From NCBI GenBank assembly GCA_977020255.1, contig CDROCS010000666.1, forward strand, positions 62,001 to 126,000: DNA of 64,000 nucleotides, written 5' to 3'. Source of the stretch: Obrimoposthia wandeli. Taxonomy: Eukaryota. The position numbers and the translations under genes were made by a program. Below, in pieces: positions 20,804 to 31,481 of the stretch; position 1 is the stretch's first letter; the number at the start of each line of letters is the position of its first letter. The notes beneath the pieces were generated by a model. It had not been told where the DNA came from and did no database searches. It worked only from the letters and a program-made list of their open reading frames with translations.

Positions 20804-21772
20804 ATGACAAAAAAAATCATCTTAGATACCGATCCTGGAATTGATGATGCAATGGCAATCTTATTTGCCGAAGCACACCCAGCATTAGATTTAGTAGCAA
20901 TTACAACAGTTTATGGCAATGCCACTATCGAAAATGCCACCCGTAATGCGCTTTATTTAAAACAGAAATTCAATTTCACCGCAGATATTGCCAAAGGGGC
21001 AAGTAAGCCGCTTCATCGCCCACCTGTTGGCGCGACCGTTGTTGTACACGGTGAAAGTGGATTTGGCGATCTCACTGCACCTGATGACATTACAGAACAA
21101 GCAGACCCTCGCCCTGCTTACCAATACATCATCGACACGGTAAAAGCTAACCCGGGCGAAATTACATTAGTCACTGTGGGCCCATTAACCAATATTGCTT
21201 TAGCCCTTGAAGCTGCACCTGAAATCGTCGACTTAGTTAAAGAAGTTGTCGTGATGGGTGGTGCATTTGGAATGAATGATCACCGTGGTAATGTGACTCC
21301 GTATGCTGAAGCCAATATTCATGATGATCCCCATGCGGCAGATATCGTTTTTTGTGCCTCATGGCCCGTCGTTATTATTGGTTTAGATGTAACTGAACAA
21401 AGCTTTTTCACTGGCCAATATCTCGATGAATTACGCGATGATGCAGGCGAAGTAGGTCAATTTATCTGGGATGTAAGCCGCTATTATTTACGCTTCTACT
21501 CACAAAAAGTCGGACTAAATGGTTGCCATGTGCACGATCCTTCTGCCATCGCGTATGTCATCAACCCCGACTTATTTACCTTACGTGAAGGTGGTGTACG
21601 AGTTGTAACAGATGGCCCAGCAGAAGGCATGACGATTCAAAAATTTGATGAACGTAAATATATGACAGATGAATGGTCATCAATGCCTAGTCAAAATGTG
21701 GGCATTGCCGTCGACGATCAAGCGCTTTTAAAGCTGTATCGTGAAAGCCTAGTTGCATACAGTCAGCAGTAA
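20804..21772 (+). CDS. Nucleoside hydrolase (IUNH family)
   Basis: DTDPGIDDAMA, GPLTN, AEANI and HDP. Confidence 0.95.
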   Translation: MTKKIILDTDPGIDDAMAILFAEAHPALDLVAITTVYGNATIENATRNALYLKQKFNFTADIAKGASKPLHRPPVGATVVVHGESGFGDLTAPDDITEQADPRPAYQYIIDTVKANPGEITLVTVGPLTNIALALEAAPEIVDLVKEVVVMGGAFGMNDHRGNVTPYAEANIHDDPHAADIVFCASWPVVIIGLDVTEQSFFTGQYLDELRDDAGEVGQFIWDVSRYYLRFYSQKVGLNGCHVHDPSAIAYVINPDLFTLREGGVRVVTDGPAEGMTIQKFDERKYMTDEWSSMPSQNVGIAVDDQALLKLYRESLVAYSQQ

Positions 21773-21810
21773 AGCGTTATAAACAAGCTAGATAGGCAAA
21801 GCTAATAACT

Positions 21811-21845
21811 AAGGCTGATCATCAAATAGGTGATCAGCCTTTTCT
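21811..21845. terminator. Rho-independent terminator
   Basis: AAGGCTGATCA-n9-TGATCAGCCTT followed by a T run, between convergent genes. Confidence 0.75.
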
Positions 21846-22725
21846 AGTCTTCAAGTAAACCAGTTAGAGCATCGGCTAGCCACGTTAAAGCAGGACCCTT
21901 GGCTTTTTTCTTCGACATCACACGATCAATAGGAACGCGCCAAGGTTTATGATCGAAGCTTAAATTCAACCGAGCCATCTTCCCATCTGCAACTCCCTCA
22001 TCAGACATATGGCTAGGAATATACCCCCAACCGATACCATTTTTAACTAACTGATTCACCCCATTAAATGTATTTCCCCACCACAAATGCGCCGAAATCA
22101 TAGGAAAGTGAGACAATTCTTGCCCCTCAATGCCTTTAATCAACAACTGACGGTAAGGGATTAAATCAGCCGCTTTTACAGTTTCTAATAAAGCTAAAGG
22201 GTGCGAAGGGCTAACAACACCATGAAAAGGCAAGCTACCCACGTAACAAAGATCAACATCTTGAGGGAAACCGCTATTTGCGAACATTAACCCTATATCT
22301 GCCCTGCCCGAATGCACCAATGCATACACGTCAGGCGTAGAAACGGTATAAAAATCTAAGATAGTGGCAGGAAATAATACCGAAAAATCAGACAATATTT
22401 GCCATAACGCAGGCAATAATAATGCATCATCTACCGCTAATTTTAACTGGGTTTCATTGTTATTGTTCAACGCATTTGCCGCGTTTTCTAATTCACTCGT
22501 TTGCTGCAAAATAGCCTGTGCGAATGATAATAAACGTTGCCCTTCAAGCGTGAGTGACGGCTTGCGAGTACTGCGATCAAATAGTTGCGTATCTAAATCA
22601 ATTTCTAGGGTTGCGATGCCTTGGCTAACTGCTGATTGCACCTTCCCAAGCTTACGCGCACAGGCAGAAAATGAACCCAACTGTGCTGTAACCACAAACA
22701 TTCTTAGCTGTTCTAAATTGTACAT
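21844..22725 (-). CDS. LysR-family regulator
   Basis: GSFSACARKLGKVQSAVSQ HTH; divergent from the PACE gene. Confidence 0.95.
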   Translation of the reverse strand: MYNLEQLRMFVVTAQLGSFSACARKLGKVQSAVSQGIATLEIDLDTQLFDRSTRKPSLTLEGQRLLSFAQAILQQTSELENAANALNNNNETQLKLAVDDALLLPALWQILSDFSVLFPATILDFYTVSTPDVYALVHSGRADIGLMFANSGFPQDVDLCYVGSLPFHGVVSPSHPLALLETVKAADLIPYRQLLIKGIEGQELSHFPMISAHLWWGNTFNGVNQLVKNGIGWGYIPSHMSDEGVADGKMARLNLSFDHKPWRVPIDRVMSKKKAKGPALTWLADALTGLLED

Positions 22726-22818
22726 ATCACTTTTCCTGATAATAACTAACTATCAATCATCTCATTTATTGATGATTATATACCACATGATTTACCCATA
22801 ATGTTTAGAAGGTTTCAA

Positions 22819-23241
22819 ATGTCATTTAAAGAACGTATTTTTCATAGTGTATTATTCGAAATAATTGCACTGCTTTTTTTCATGATAGCTGCATCTTTTG
22901 TAACGAAAGCAGACACCAAATCTGTTGCTGGTTTAGCCATCGGGCTTTCTATGATCGCAATGACTTGGAACTATATCTACAACCTAGCTTTTGACCGTGT
23001 GTTCGGTGAAAACCGTGTATCTCGCGGATTAAAAATGCGAATTGGTCATGGTCTTGGTTTCGAATTGGGCTTGGTATTTGTGAGCTTTCCGTTAATGATG
23101 TGGATACTGCAACTCGATTTTTGGACGGTATTGATAATGGATGCTGGTGTTGTTATCTTTTTCCTCGTTTATGCCATTGTGTATAACTGGTGTTATGACA
23201 CTATCCGCTCACGATTCATTCCAACCGTTGCCATATCGTAA
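22819..23241 (+). CDS. PACE-family (AceI-like) efflux transporter
   Basis: ERIFHSVLFE and duplicated WNYIYNLAFD / YNWCYD BTP repeats. Confidence 0.9.
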   Translation: MSFKERIFHSVLFEIIALLFFMIAASFVTKADTKSVAGLAIGLSMIAMTWNYIYNLAFDRVFGENRVSRGLKMRIGHGLGFELGLVFVSFPLMMWILQLDFWTVLIMDAGVVIFFLVYAIVYNWCYDTIRSRFIPTVAIS

Positions 23242-23328
23242 TATTTGTACGCTTATTCTTTACTCGTCACGTTTGACTATCTAGGATATAGCCTTTGCTT
23301 ATATCCAAGATGGTTAAGACGTGTAAGT

Positions 23329-23811
23329 ATGAACAAAACTTTGTTACTCGAACAGATGATTTCTGCATTAGAGGCGACGCATAAAGGCGCTGTTGAAGCG
23401 GCGTTGCGTGCTTACAATACGGCAACGAATGATGAAAATGTGGCAGAAAATCAATATGACACATTAGCGTTAGAAGCATCGTATTTAGCGCATGGGCAAG
23501 CTCAGCGAGTAGCAGAATGTGAAGCCGATATTCTTGCCTTCAAAAAACTTGATATCGCGGATGATGCAGAAAAGAAAATCGTGACTTTAGGGTGTTTAAT
23601 ACAACTTATCGATGAAGATGATAACAACAAATACGTCTTTTTTGCTCCCTCTGCTGGCGGTTTAAAAGTTCGCTTTGATGAAAAAGACATTATTGTGGTT
23701 ACCCCTTCGTCTCCGTTAGGGGAAGCGTTAATTGGTCGAGAATTACACGACGAGGTCAACGTGCATATTGGCAATCAAATCATCAATTATGAAATTGCAC
23801 TGATTAATTGA
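23329..23811 (+). CDS. GreA/GreB-family elongation-factor-like protein
   Basis: AENQYDTLALEASYLAHGQ and ITPSSPLGEALIG-type C-terminus (VTPSSPLGEALIG). Confidence 0.85.
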   Translation: MNKTLLLEQMISALEATHKGAVEAALRAYNTATNDENVAENQYDTLALEASYLAHGQAQRVAECEADILAFKKLDIADDAEKKIVTLGCLIQLIDEDDNNKYVFFAPSAGGLKVRFDEKDIIVVTPSSPLGEALIGRELHDEVNVHIGNQIINYEIALIN

Positions 23812-23834
23812 TTGGTTGGTTCGTTACTTAGTTG

Positions 23835-24722
23835 CTATTCTGAAAACTCAGCGATTAAAAAATCAATAAAGCAGCGAACTTTCTTCGACAAATAACGACG
23901 GTGTGGGTATATCGCAAATAAACCAAATTCCAGCGTATGATGGCCCGGCAAGATTTCTTGCAACAGCCCCTGCTCAATTTCTGATTCCACAATAAAACGT
24001 GGAATCATACCTATTCCTCCACCAGCCATTGTTATTGCCTTTACCGCTCGCGGGCTATTTACTGCTATTTTTGAGCTGACTTCAATTAAATCCGTTTGCC
24101 CATCTGGCGATACAATTGGCCACTGTTTACCAATTCGAAAATTACTGTCTATGATGCAGTGATGCTGGCTAATATGCTGAGCATTTTCAGGTTCTCCGTG
24201 CCGATTTATATACGCAGGAGATGCACACAATAATAACGGTAGCGTTTTAATTCGCCTTGCAATTAAGCTTGAGTCATCAACACCACCAATTCGAATGACG
24301 ACATCAATACCCTCTTCCAACATATCAATCTTTCGATCCGATAACTGTAAGTCGATACTCATCTCTGGGTTGGCATCTAGAAATTTGGGGATCAACGGTG
24401 ACAATGTCATCTCACCAAATGTTTGCGGAACACTTACCCGCAGCAGACCTCGTGGGGTCGATTGTTCTCCGGTTACATTATCAATTAATGCCTCAAATTC
24501 TTCCAACAAAGGAATCACCTGATCATAGTAACGCTGCCCTTCTTCAGTCAGTGCCAAACGTCGAGTTGAGCGATTAAATAAGCGTACACCTAGGCGATTT
24601 TCGACCTCACCTACATATTTACTCACCAGTGCCTTCGATAAGCCCTGTCGCTCGCTTGCAGCAGTAAACGAACCTGTTTCAACTACTGCAACAATTGTTT
24701 TCATGCCATCTAAAGTATCCAT
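23835..24722 (-). CDS. LysR-family regulator (CrgA-like)
   Basis: GSFTAAS..VSKYVGEVENRLGVRLFNRSTR. Confidence 0.95.
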   Translation of the reverse strand: MDTLDGMKTIVAVVETGSFTAASERQGLSKALVSKYVGEVENRLGVRLFNRSTRRLALTEEGQRYYDQVIPLLEEFEALIDNVTGEQSTPRGLLRVSVPQTFGEMTLSPLIPKFLDANPEMSIDLQLSDRKIDMLEEGIDVVIRIGGVDDSSLIARRIKTLPLLLCASPAYINRHGEPENAQHISQHHCIIDSNFRIGKQWPIVSPDGQTDLIEVSSKIAVNSPRAVKAITMAGGGIGMIPRFIVESEIEQGLLQEILPGHHTLEFGLFAIYPHRRYLSKKVRCFIDFLIAEFSE

Positions 24723-24841
24723 AACTGTCAATGTAGCATTGACAATCATTCAATGAAAACACTCTTTATCAACAAACCATTAACACTGATACTTACCCCA
24801 TCAGCAACACAATGATGCTCACTCACACTGGAGAGAAATTT

Positions 24842-25471
24842 ATGTCAGCAATTAAACTATACCGCCACGCACTTTCAGGCCACTCACATCGAGTAGAAGT
24901 ATTCTTATCCCTTCTTGCATTGGAAGCCGACATGATTGATGTGGATCTCGCCAATGGCGCACATAAGGAAACGGCCTTTTTGCAAAAAAATAGTTTTGGT
25001 CAAGTGCCTGTCATTGATGATGGAGACATTACACTTTCTGATTCAAACGGTATCCTTGTTTATTTAGCCACTCAATATGATGACAAACACACATGGCTAC
25101 CGAAAAACGCTGTTCAGGCCGCTAAAGTACAACGTTTTCTTTCTGTTGCAGCAGGCAAAGTGAATTCTGGACCCGCTACAGCACGTCTCATTAATGTGTT
25201 CGGGGCTGATCTCGATAAAAAAGCCGCCACGGTTACAGCACATGGAATACTCGCCCAACTAGAGAACCATTTGGAAGGCCGTAATTGGCTGGTAACCGAA
25301 AATCCAACGATTGCCGATGTTGCCAATTACACTTACATTGCACATGCACCTGAAGGGGATATTTCCCTTAAAGCGTATCCTAATATTCGTGCTTGGTTAA
25401 CGCGTTTTGAAAATCTGCAAGGCTTCCTTCCAATGCAAACAAGTGCCGTGGGTTTAAATGCTATTGCTTAA
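24842..25471 (+). CDS. Glutathione S-transferase
   Basis: LSGHSHRV, NSFGQVPVI..DSNGILVYLA and PTIADVA. Confidence 0.92.
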   Translation: MSAIKLYRHALSGHSHRVEVFLSLLALEADMIDVDLANGAHKETAFLQKNSFGQVPVIDDGDITLSDSNGILVYLATQYDDKHTWLPKNAVQAAKVQRFLSVAAGKVNSGPATARLINVFGADLDKKAATVTAHGILAQLENHLEGRNWLVTENPTIADVANYTYIAHAPEGDISLKAYPNIRAWLTRFENLQGFLPMQTSAVGLNAIA

Positions 25472-25577
25472 ACACTGAGACTTAAAAAATCAACTTAACG
25501 ATATACCTGACAATCACTCTCACACCGTTATTGTCAGGTATTCCTGCATCCCCCTCATAATAAGCAGAGTACGTAAT

Positions 25578-27761
25578 ATGAAAACGCCACCGTATTCATC
25601 GTCGACTGGGAACGCGTCACACCAACCGAAAGACTCACCTTTTCATCAAGGAGAGCAAGCAGCACAGAGTCGCCTTGGGGTACGTGACAAAATGGAGCGT
25701 TTTGGTCGCCAAGTTATCCGTGATTTCATGCCAGAACAGCACCGTGAATTTTATAATCAATTACCGTTTGTTTTTGTTGGGCATGCCGATGGCGATGGGT
25801 GGCCGTGGGCATCAATATTATTCAATGACCCTGGTTTCATGCGCTCTAGTGACGACAGAATCTTAACAATCAACACTGTACCTGTTGTTGGCGATCCTTT
25901 GGCTGATGCCATTAAAAAGGGAACTCGATTGGGCTTACTGGGTATTGAATTGACCACTCGACGACGTAATCGCTTAGCAGCCCACGTTATCGAATGCTCA
26001 AAAAACGGCTTTCAACTTCATGTTGATCAAGCCTTTGGTAACTGCCCGCAGTATATCCAAACGCGTGAACTAGAAATGCTCGACCCTACCTTATTACCGA
26101 CACCTAGCATCGAACACATTCACGATTTCGACGAACAAGCCAAAACATTGATTGCTAATAGCGACACATTCTTTGTCGCGAGTTATATCGACAATCATGA
26201 CCCAGACAATACCTTAGCCAGTGAGGGTGCAGATGTGTCTCACCGCGGTGGAAAGCCAGGTTTTATTCGAGTCGATAATGACAAAACATTAACGATTCCA
26301 GACTATTCGGGGAATTTTCATTTCAACACGTTTGGCAATTTCATTGAAAATTCAAAGGCAGGCTTATTGTTTGTAGATTTTGAAAGTGGTCACCTGTTAA
26401 CACTGACCGGAACCGTTGAAATTCTATGGGATAGCCCAGAAACAAAATACTTTGAAGGCGCTGAACGCTTATGGACATTTCGCATCGATCATGGTCGCTG
26501 GATTCGTCACGGATTATCGTTACGCTGGACACTGGATCAATTCTCACCCAGCACGCTACTAACAGATACTTGGGAAGCGGCAAAAAACCGTCAACAGGCA
26601 AATGCACATAAAAAAGAAGAACATAAAAGCGAAGAAGCTAAGAGTAAATGGCTACCGTATGTCGTCACCAAGGTGAAAAAAGAAAGCAGCGTAATAACCT
26701 CTTTCTATTTAGAAGCTCAAGATCACCAGCAACCCACATTCAAACCGGGTCAGTTTTTAACGGTTAAAGCCGATATTCAAGGACAACAACAGATCCGTAC
26801 TTATACCCTATCAAGCACGCCAACAGATCCACATTATCGTATAAGCGTAAAACGCGAAACCTCAACTGACAACAATGTTCCAAATGGTATTTTCTCGAAT
26901 TATCTTCATGACAATTTAAATATTGGAGATACCCTTTATGCCAAGGCTCCCTGTGGAGATTTTACTTTTGATTTCACTGAAAAGCGCCCCGCAGTATTAC
27001 TGGCAGGAGGTGTGGGTATAACACCGATGGTATCAATGGTTCGTCATGCTCAGAATGAAGCTACGCGCACCCACTTTACTCGCGATATCACCTTTATCGG
27101 TGCGGCGAAAAATCAAGAACAACGATCTTTTTTTGAAGAGCTAAATACAATAAGCGAATCTTCAGGCGGAAAGATCAGAGCCTTTTGGTCTCTAGGGCAA
27201 ATAGATAAACATCTTAAACACGGTGAAGACTTTCATCATCATGGGCGGATTTCAAAAGCGTTATTACAAACAATATTACCCTTGGATGATTACGACGTTT
27301 ACTTATGTGGTCCTACTGGTTTTATGCAAGCCACTTACGAACTATTACGTAGTCTCGGAATCAGTGATGCCAGAATATATGCTGAAGAGTTTGGGCCAGC
27401 ATCACTCAAAAGAAACGCAGATAATGCCACTCGCCTATTCAAACCTTTGCCAGCAGCAACAGAAGCCATCATCGAGTTCACAGATTCCAGCGTAGAACAA
27501 GCTTGGTCAAAAGAAGACGGTTCATTACTCGACTTTGCAGAAGCACATGGATTAACACCGGAATTTGGCTGTCGAAGTGGTCAGTGTGGCGCATGCAAAA
27601 CCAAACTTGTATCCGGTAACGTGGCTTATCAAACAGAGCACACTTCATCAATCAATGACGATGAAGTGTTATTGTGCTGTGCAGTACCCGCGGCTATAGA
27701 AAGTGCCGAGGTTAATAACAACACAGATAAAAGCATTGCCAGATTGCGCATAAAGCTCTGA
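25578..27761 (+). CDS. PNPOx-like / FAD-NAD reductase / 2Fe-2S ferredoxin fusion
   Basis: FGNCPQYI, DVSHRGGKPGF, RTYTLSS, GGVGITP, YLCGP and CRSGQCGAC..CC. Confidence 0.9.
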   Translation: MKTPPYSSSTGNASHQPKDSPFHQGEQAAQSRLGVRDKMERFGRQVIRDFMPEQHREFYNQLPFVFVGHADGDGWPWASILFNDPGFMRSSDDRILTINTVPVVGDPLADAIKKGTRLGLLGIELTTRRRNRLAAHVIECSKNGFQLHVDQAFGNCPQYIQTRELEMLDPTLLPTPSIEHIHDFDEQAKTLIANSDTFFVASYIDNHDPDNTLASEGADVSHRGGKPGFIRVDNDKTLTIPDYSGNFHFNTFGNFIENSKAGLLFVDFESGHLLTLTGTVEILWDSPETKYFEGAERLWTFRIDHGRWIRHGLSLRWTLDQFSPSTLLTDTWEAAKNRQQANAHKKEEHKSEEAKSKWLPYVVTKVKKESSVITSFYLEAQDHQQPTFKPGQFLTVKADIQGQQQIRTYTLSSTPTDPHYRISVKRETSTDNNVPNGIFSNYLHDNLNIGDTLYAKAPCGDFTFDFTEKRPAVLLAGGVGITPMVSMVRHAQNEATRTHFTRDITFIGAAKNQEQRSFFEELNTISESSGGKIRAFWSLGQIDKHLKHGEDFHHHGRISKALLQTILPLDDYDVYLCGPTGFMQATYELLRSLGISDARIYAEEFGPASLKRNADNATRLFKPLPAATEAIIEFTDSSVEQAWSKEDGSLLDFAEAHGLTPEFGCRSGQCGACKTKLVSGNVAYQTEHTSSINDDEVLLCCAVPAAIESAEVNNNTDKSIARLRIKL

Positions 27762-27791
27762 GTGATCAAGCTAATAATAGATCGTCATTTT

Positions 27792-28778
27792 TCACAACAT
27801 GGCTTGTTTACTTAAAACGGTACTCACTACTTTTGCCGCTATGCGTGCCGTTTGATCGTCATAATCAAACTCTGGATTTAATTCAACAACATCTAATATT
27901 TTCACTTTGCCACTGTTGATAATTCGATTAAGTGCATATTCAACAATAGACCACTCTACCCCTTGAAAACGTGACAAATTAACACCAGACGCGACGGTTG
28001 CAGAAAAAACAGACAGGTCAAAACTAATATGTACATAATCGACATCGTTCAAAAAAAGATCAATTTTGTTCCGGACAATTCTTTTATTCCGCATCGTCAT
28101 TTCTTTATCTAAAAGCCAATGACAGCCTAATTGCTCAGCATATTCAAATGATGATTGTGAATTTGTACGATTACATATTCCTAGACCTAAGTAATGAAAA
28201 GGTCGATATTTTTCTGAACAAAAGCTCGCAATAGAATGAAATACTGACCCTACTTTTGGCGATAATGTAGGTCGTAATTCAAGATGTGCATCGAAATTAA
28301 TAACCCCAACTCGAACTTGACGCCCTTTCTCTTCATTATTATCATTAAGCTGATGTGCAATATGTTTTGGTTGATTAACATAATCAGACAGCGCTTGATA
28401 ACTAGAAATAGATACTTCATGCCCGCCCCCTAATATGACAGGGAAATGACCTTTATCGAAAAATCCGACTATTTTCTGATATTGCAAAGCTTGTAATTCA
28501 TTGAATTCAAGCCCATCGAGTTCATCAATAATGCCAGCATCATACAATGGCAAAGAAGGTGAACCTTTATACTCTTTTTTTAGCGATCGGCAGATACTTT
28601 CAGGTCCATCATTGTCACTTGAACGTCCACGAAAACGACCAAGGCTCAAATCTGACGCAACACCCAATAATACCGCCCCAACCTGAGACTGTTTAGTGTA
28701 AGAACGAAAAGTCGTTGAACCATAGTAACTATTAGGAATCACTCGAACAAACCACTGATTTAACTGCTTAAAAAACAT
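27792..28778 (-). CDS. Formimidoylglutamase (HutG)/arginase-family protein with altered metal ligands
   Basis: LGGGHE, NFDAHLELR, SFDLSVF and ELNPEFDYD. Confidence 0.8.
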   Translation of the reverse strand: MFFKQLNQWFVRVIPNSYYGSTTFRSYTKQSQVGAVLLGVASDLSLGRFRGRSSDNDGPESICRSLKKEYKGSPSLPLYDAGIIDELDGLEFNELQALQYQKIVGFFDKGHFPVILGGGHEVSISSYQALSDYVNQPKHIAHQLNDNNEEKGRQVRVGVINFDAHLELRPTLSPKVGSVFHSIASFCSEKYRPFHYLGLGICNRTNSQSSFEYAEQLGCHWLLDKEMTMRNKRIVRNKIDLFLNDVDYVHISFDLSVFSATVASGVNLSRFQGVEWSIVEYALNRIINSGKVKILDVVELNPEFDYDDQTARIAAKVVSTVLSKQAML

Positions 28779-28808
28779 TGTGCCTCCTAATCTAGCCGGA
28801 CTATTGCA

Positions 28809-29558
28809 TTACCATTCAGGAGGCAGCATTCGAGCAGCTTGTAATACAGCAAATACAATGCTGTTTTTTCTATTATTAATGCGTTCTGTAGGCGCCATTA
28901 CACTAATGGCACCCACCACTTTTTTATTCAAAAATACTGGGGCACTCACACTGGATACACCCAGATCAAATTCAGACGTACTTAACGCATAACCTTCTTT
29001 TTTAATACACCGCAACTCATTAAACCACTTTGTTTTTTCATGCTCATCCGCAATGCCGAAATGCGTTAACGTACTGAGTAATCGCTTCTCATTAAATTGT
29101 GCTAATATCACTTTTGATGAAGCGCCTAAAATAAGCGGCTGGCTTTGGCCTTGCTGGTAACTACACCTTAACGCATATGGGCTATCTACCATTTCGACAC
29201 ATAAAGCATTAAACCCAACAGGCACCATATAGGCAGACATTTCGCCAGTTTGATCTTGTAAGCGCTTCAGTACAGGCCTAACCCCTTCCGACAAAGGCGA
29301 AAACGTATGAAAATTACGCATTAGTTGCAGTGCAGCAGGACCAACCGTATAACGCTTACCACTCGGTTGTTCTTCAATAAAATTCCATTCACGAAGCGTG
29401 GCTATGTATCGATATACCGAGCTAACCGGTGTATCTGTTTGTTCGCTGATCATCTGTGCTGATAGCGGCACAGAAGATGAGGAGATCGTCAGTAAAATTT
29501 GTAATAACCGTTGATTTGGGCTCAAGAGATTTCGACTCGATGTTGTCTTCTCTAACAT
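28809..29558 (-). CDS. IclR-family regulator
   Basis: N-terminal HTH (SSVYRYIATL); LGASSKVILA and SSVSAPVF effector domain. Confidence 0.92.
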   Translation of the reverse strand: MLEKTTSSRNLLSPNQRLLQILLTISSSSVPLSAQMISEQTDTPVSSVYRYIATLREWNFIEEQPSGKRYTVGPAALQLMRNFHTFSPLSEGVRPVLKRLQDQTGEMSAYMVPVGFNALCVEMVDSPYALRCSYQQGQSQPLILGASSKVILAQFNEKRLLSTLTHFGIADEHEKTKWFNELRCIKKEGYALSTSEFDLGVSSVSAPVFLNKKVVGAISVMAPTERINNRKNSIVFAVLQAARMLPPEW

Positions 29559-29590
29559 TTTTAATCCTCTTTAATACAAAACACAAACAC

Positions 29591-29611
29591 AATTCTCATC
29601 TGATGAGAATT
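29591..29611. promoter_or_regulatory. Candidate IclR operator
   Basis: Perfect palindrome AATTCTCATC-T-GATGAGAATT, 33 bp upstream of iclR; weaker copy near 29633-29651. Confidence 0.6.
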
Positions 29612-29899
29612 TTAATGTTATTAATTCCATTAAATCTCAAATTATGAGAATCACTATCAACTAACAATGAAATAGAGGGTCGAGAGTTTGATCCTGATAT
29701 TTTATCTTTTGAGCAAGCTAGTGATTTGAATAACCACCGTTATGTCAGTTATAGCGCTGTACAAGTCACGGGCATTTATGTAGTTAAACGTGCAGATAAC
29801 TATTGCTAATGAATAATGGATTAAATTGTATTCATTCAACCCCTGTACGCAGTATAATAAGCGGAGATCACGCTATTAATACCCGTTTTAGGAATCGCA

Positions 29900-30289
29900 A
29901 TGATAGAAGAACAACAAAACAACCCGTTACATGGCCTTAAGTTAGAGGTTTTACTAACAGAACTTATCGACTTTTATGGCTGGGAGATCCTTGGAACTGC
30001 AATGCGTTTTCACTGCTTTAACACAAACCCAACGATAGAAGGCTGCGTTAAATTCTTTCGTAAAACAGAATGGGCAAGAGAGAAGTTAGAAAACTTTTAT
30101 TTATCTCGTTTTAAACGTATGCCAAGAGCCAGTGAAGCAGAGTTTTCATTACCGCCTCGTAAACGTATCTTTGCTGTAGGCGTTCTGCCACGAGAGCCAA
30201 TGGTGTTGACTGTCGAATCAATTGAGCTTTCTCAAGCAAAAGCGGCTTCTGCCCATAAAGAAAGATCACGTGGACCTCGACGTCGATAG
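29900..30289 (+). CDS. VF530/DUF2132-family small DNA-binding protein
   Basis: NNPLHGLKLE..YGWE..NP...KFFRKTEWAREKLE. Confidence 0.85.
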   Translation: MIEEQQNNPLHGLKLEVLLTELIDFYGWEILGTAMRFHCFNTNPTIEGCVKFFRKTEWAREKLENFYLSRFKRMPRASEAEFSLPPRKRIFAVGVLPREPMVLTVESIELSQAKAASAHKERSRGPRRR

Positions 30290-30523
30290 ATTGATCTGAT
30301 TGCACTAAGCTCTCAAGATATTCAAAATACGCTGACCATCTGGTTGGCGTCATTCTCTTCTCCGCCTTTCCTTTGTCTCTCTAGTCTCTAGTCCAAAGCT
30401 ACGCCTCATTGCCATTATGAATACCTGATGTTCTATTGCAGTCAGATGAGTTAGGCAATATAGATTCTTAGGGCTATTATCAGTGTTCAACTAATAATAA
30501 ACTTAGAGTGTGCCCCTTTTACG

Positions 30524-31285
30524 ATGAAACTACATAAATTAGACGGTTATATTCAATCCATTTATTTAGTTGAGTATAAAGATAAACTGCTATTACTCGA
30601 TGGCTGTAGTCGTGCTGATATACCGGTTTTAACACACTTTATTGTGGGTACGCTACAAAGACCAATGAGCGATCTTAACCTAATCATTGTTACCCACATG
30701 CACCCAGATCATGCTGGGGCAGCACATAAATTGCGTACTTTAACAGGGTGTAAAATTGCATCTGCGAATGTACCGGGTCAATGGTATAACGGGCTTGAAG
30801 GGGTGCTCATGCATTTAACCGACATGCTACTCGCCAAATGGGTGGCAAAGCGCATGAAGAAACCACGCCGCAATATCTGGTATTCGAGCAAACTAAAAGC
30901 AGACTATAAGCTTAACGATGGTGATACCTTGCCCAATTTTCCCGACTGGGTCGCTCTTGCCACTCAAGGTCATACCGATAGAGATATATCGTTACATCAC
31001 GTTCCAAGCAACCGTGTTTATGTGGCTGATTTAATGGTAAAAGTGAAAGGAAACTATATTCCACCCTTCCCTGTTTTTTACCCTAATCGCTACCGTAATT
31101 CATTACGTAAGATTATCGCCCTAAAGCCTGATTCCGTTATTCTCGCTCATGGTGGTGAAGTACAGCCTTCAGATCAGGAATATCTGCACTTATTGAGTTG
31201 CGCCCCTAAAATACCCAAAACACACTGGCGCTCAGTTAAAATAAGAATAAGCCAAGCATTAAAATTAAAACATTCTGTTAAGTAA
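30524..31285 (+). CDS. Metallo-beta-lactamase-fold hydrolase
   Basis: THMHPDHAG, GHT, ADL and AHG. Confidence 0.9.
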   Translation: MKLHKLDGYIQSIYLVEYKDKLLLLDGCSRADIPVLTHFIVGTLQRPMSDLNLIIVTHMHPDHAGAAHKLRTLTGCKIASANVPGQWYNGLEGVLMHLTDMLLAKWVAKRMKKPRRNIWYSSKLKADYKLNDGDTLPNFPDWVALATQGHTDRDISLHHVPSNRVYVADLMVKVKGNYIPPFPVFYPNRYRNSLRKIIALKPDSVILAHGGEVQPSDQEYLHLLSCAPKIPKTHWRSVKIRISQALKLKHSVK

Positions 31286-31481
31286 TATCCCTGTACTAAT
31301 TGCACCGCTACCAATGCAATGTTTCTGACTATTATCGCCTAGCTGTCTGTATTCATCGATTGATGTTTATTCCTCTAATTAGCGATTATCTCTTTTCATT
31401 TGATGGCGCATAAAGGTAAAAAAGGGTTCACCGAATTGGGCAAACTGCACCTGTCTGATAATTACTGTTCCGGAGAATCAA

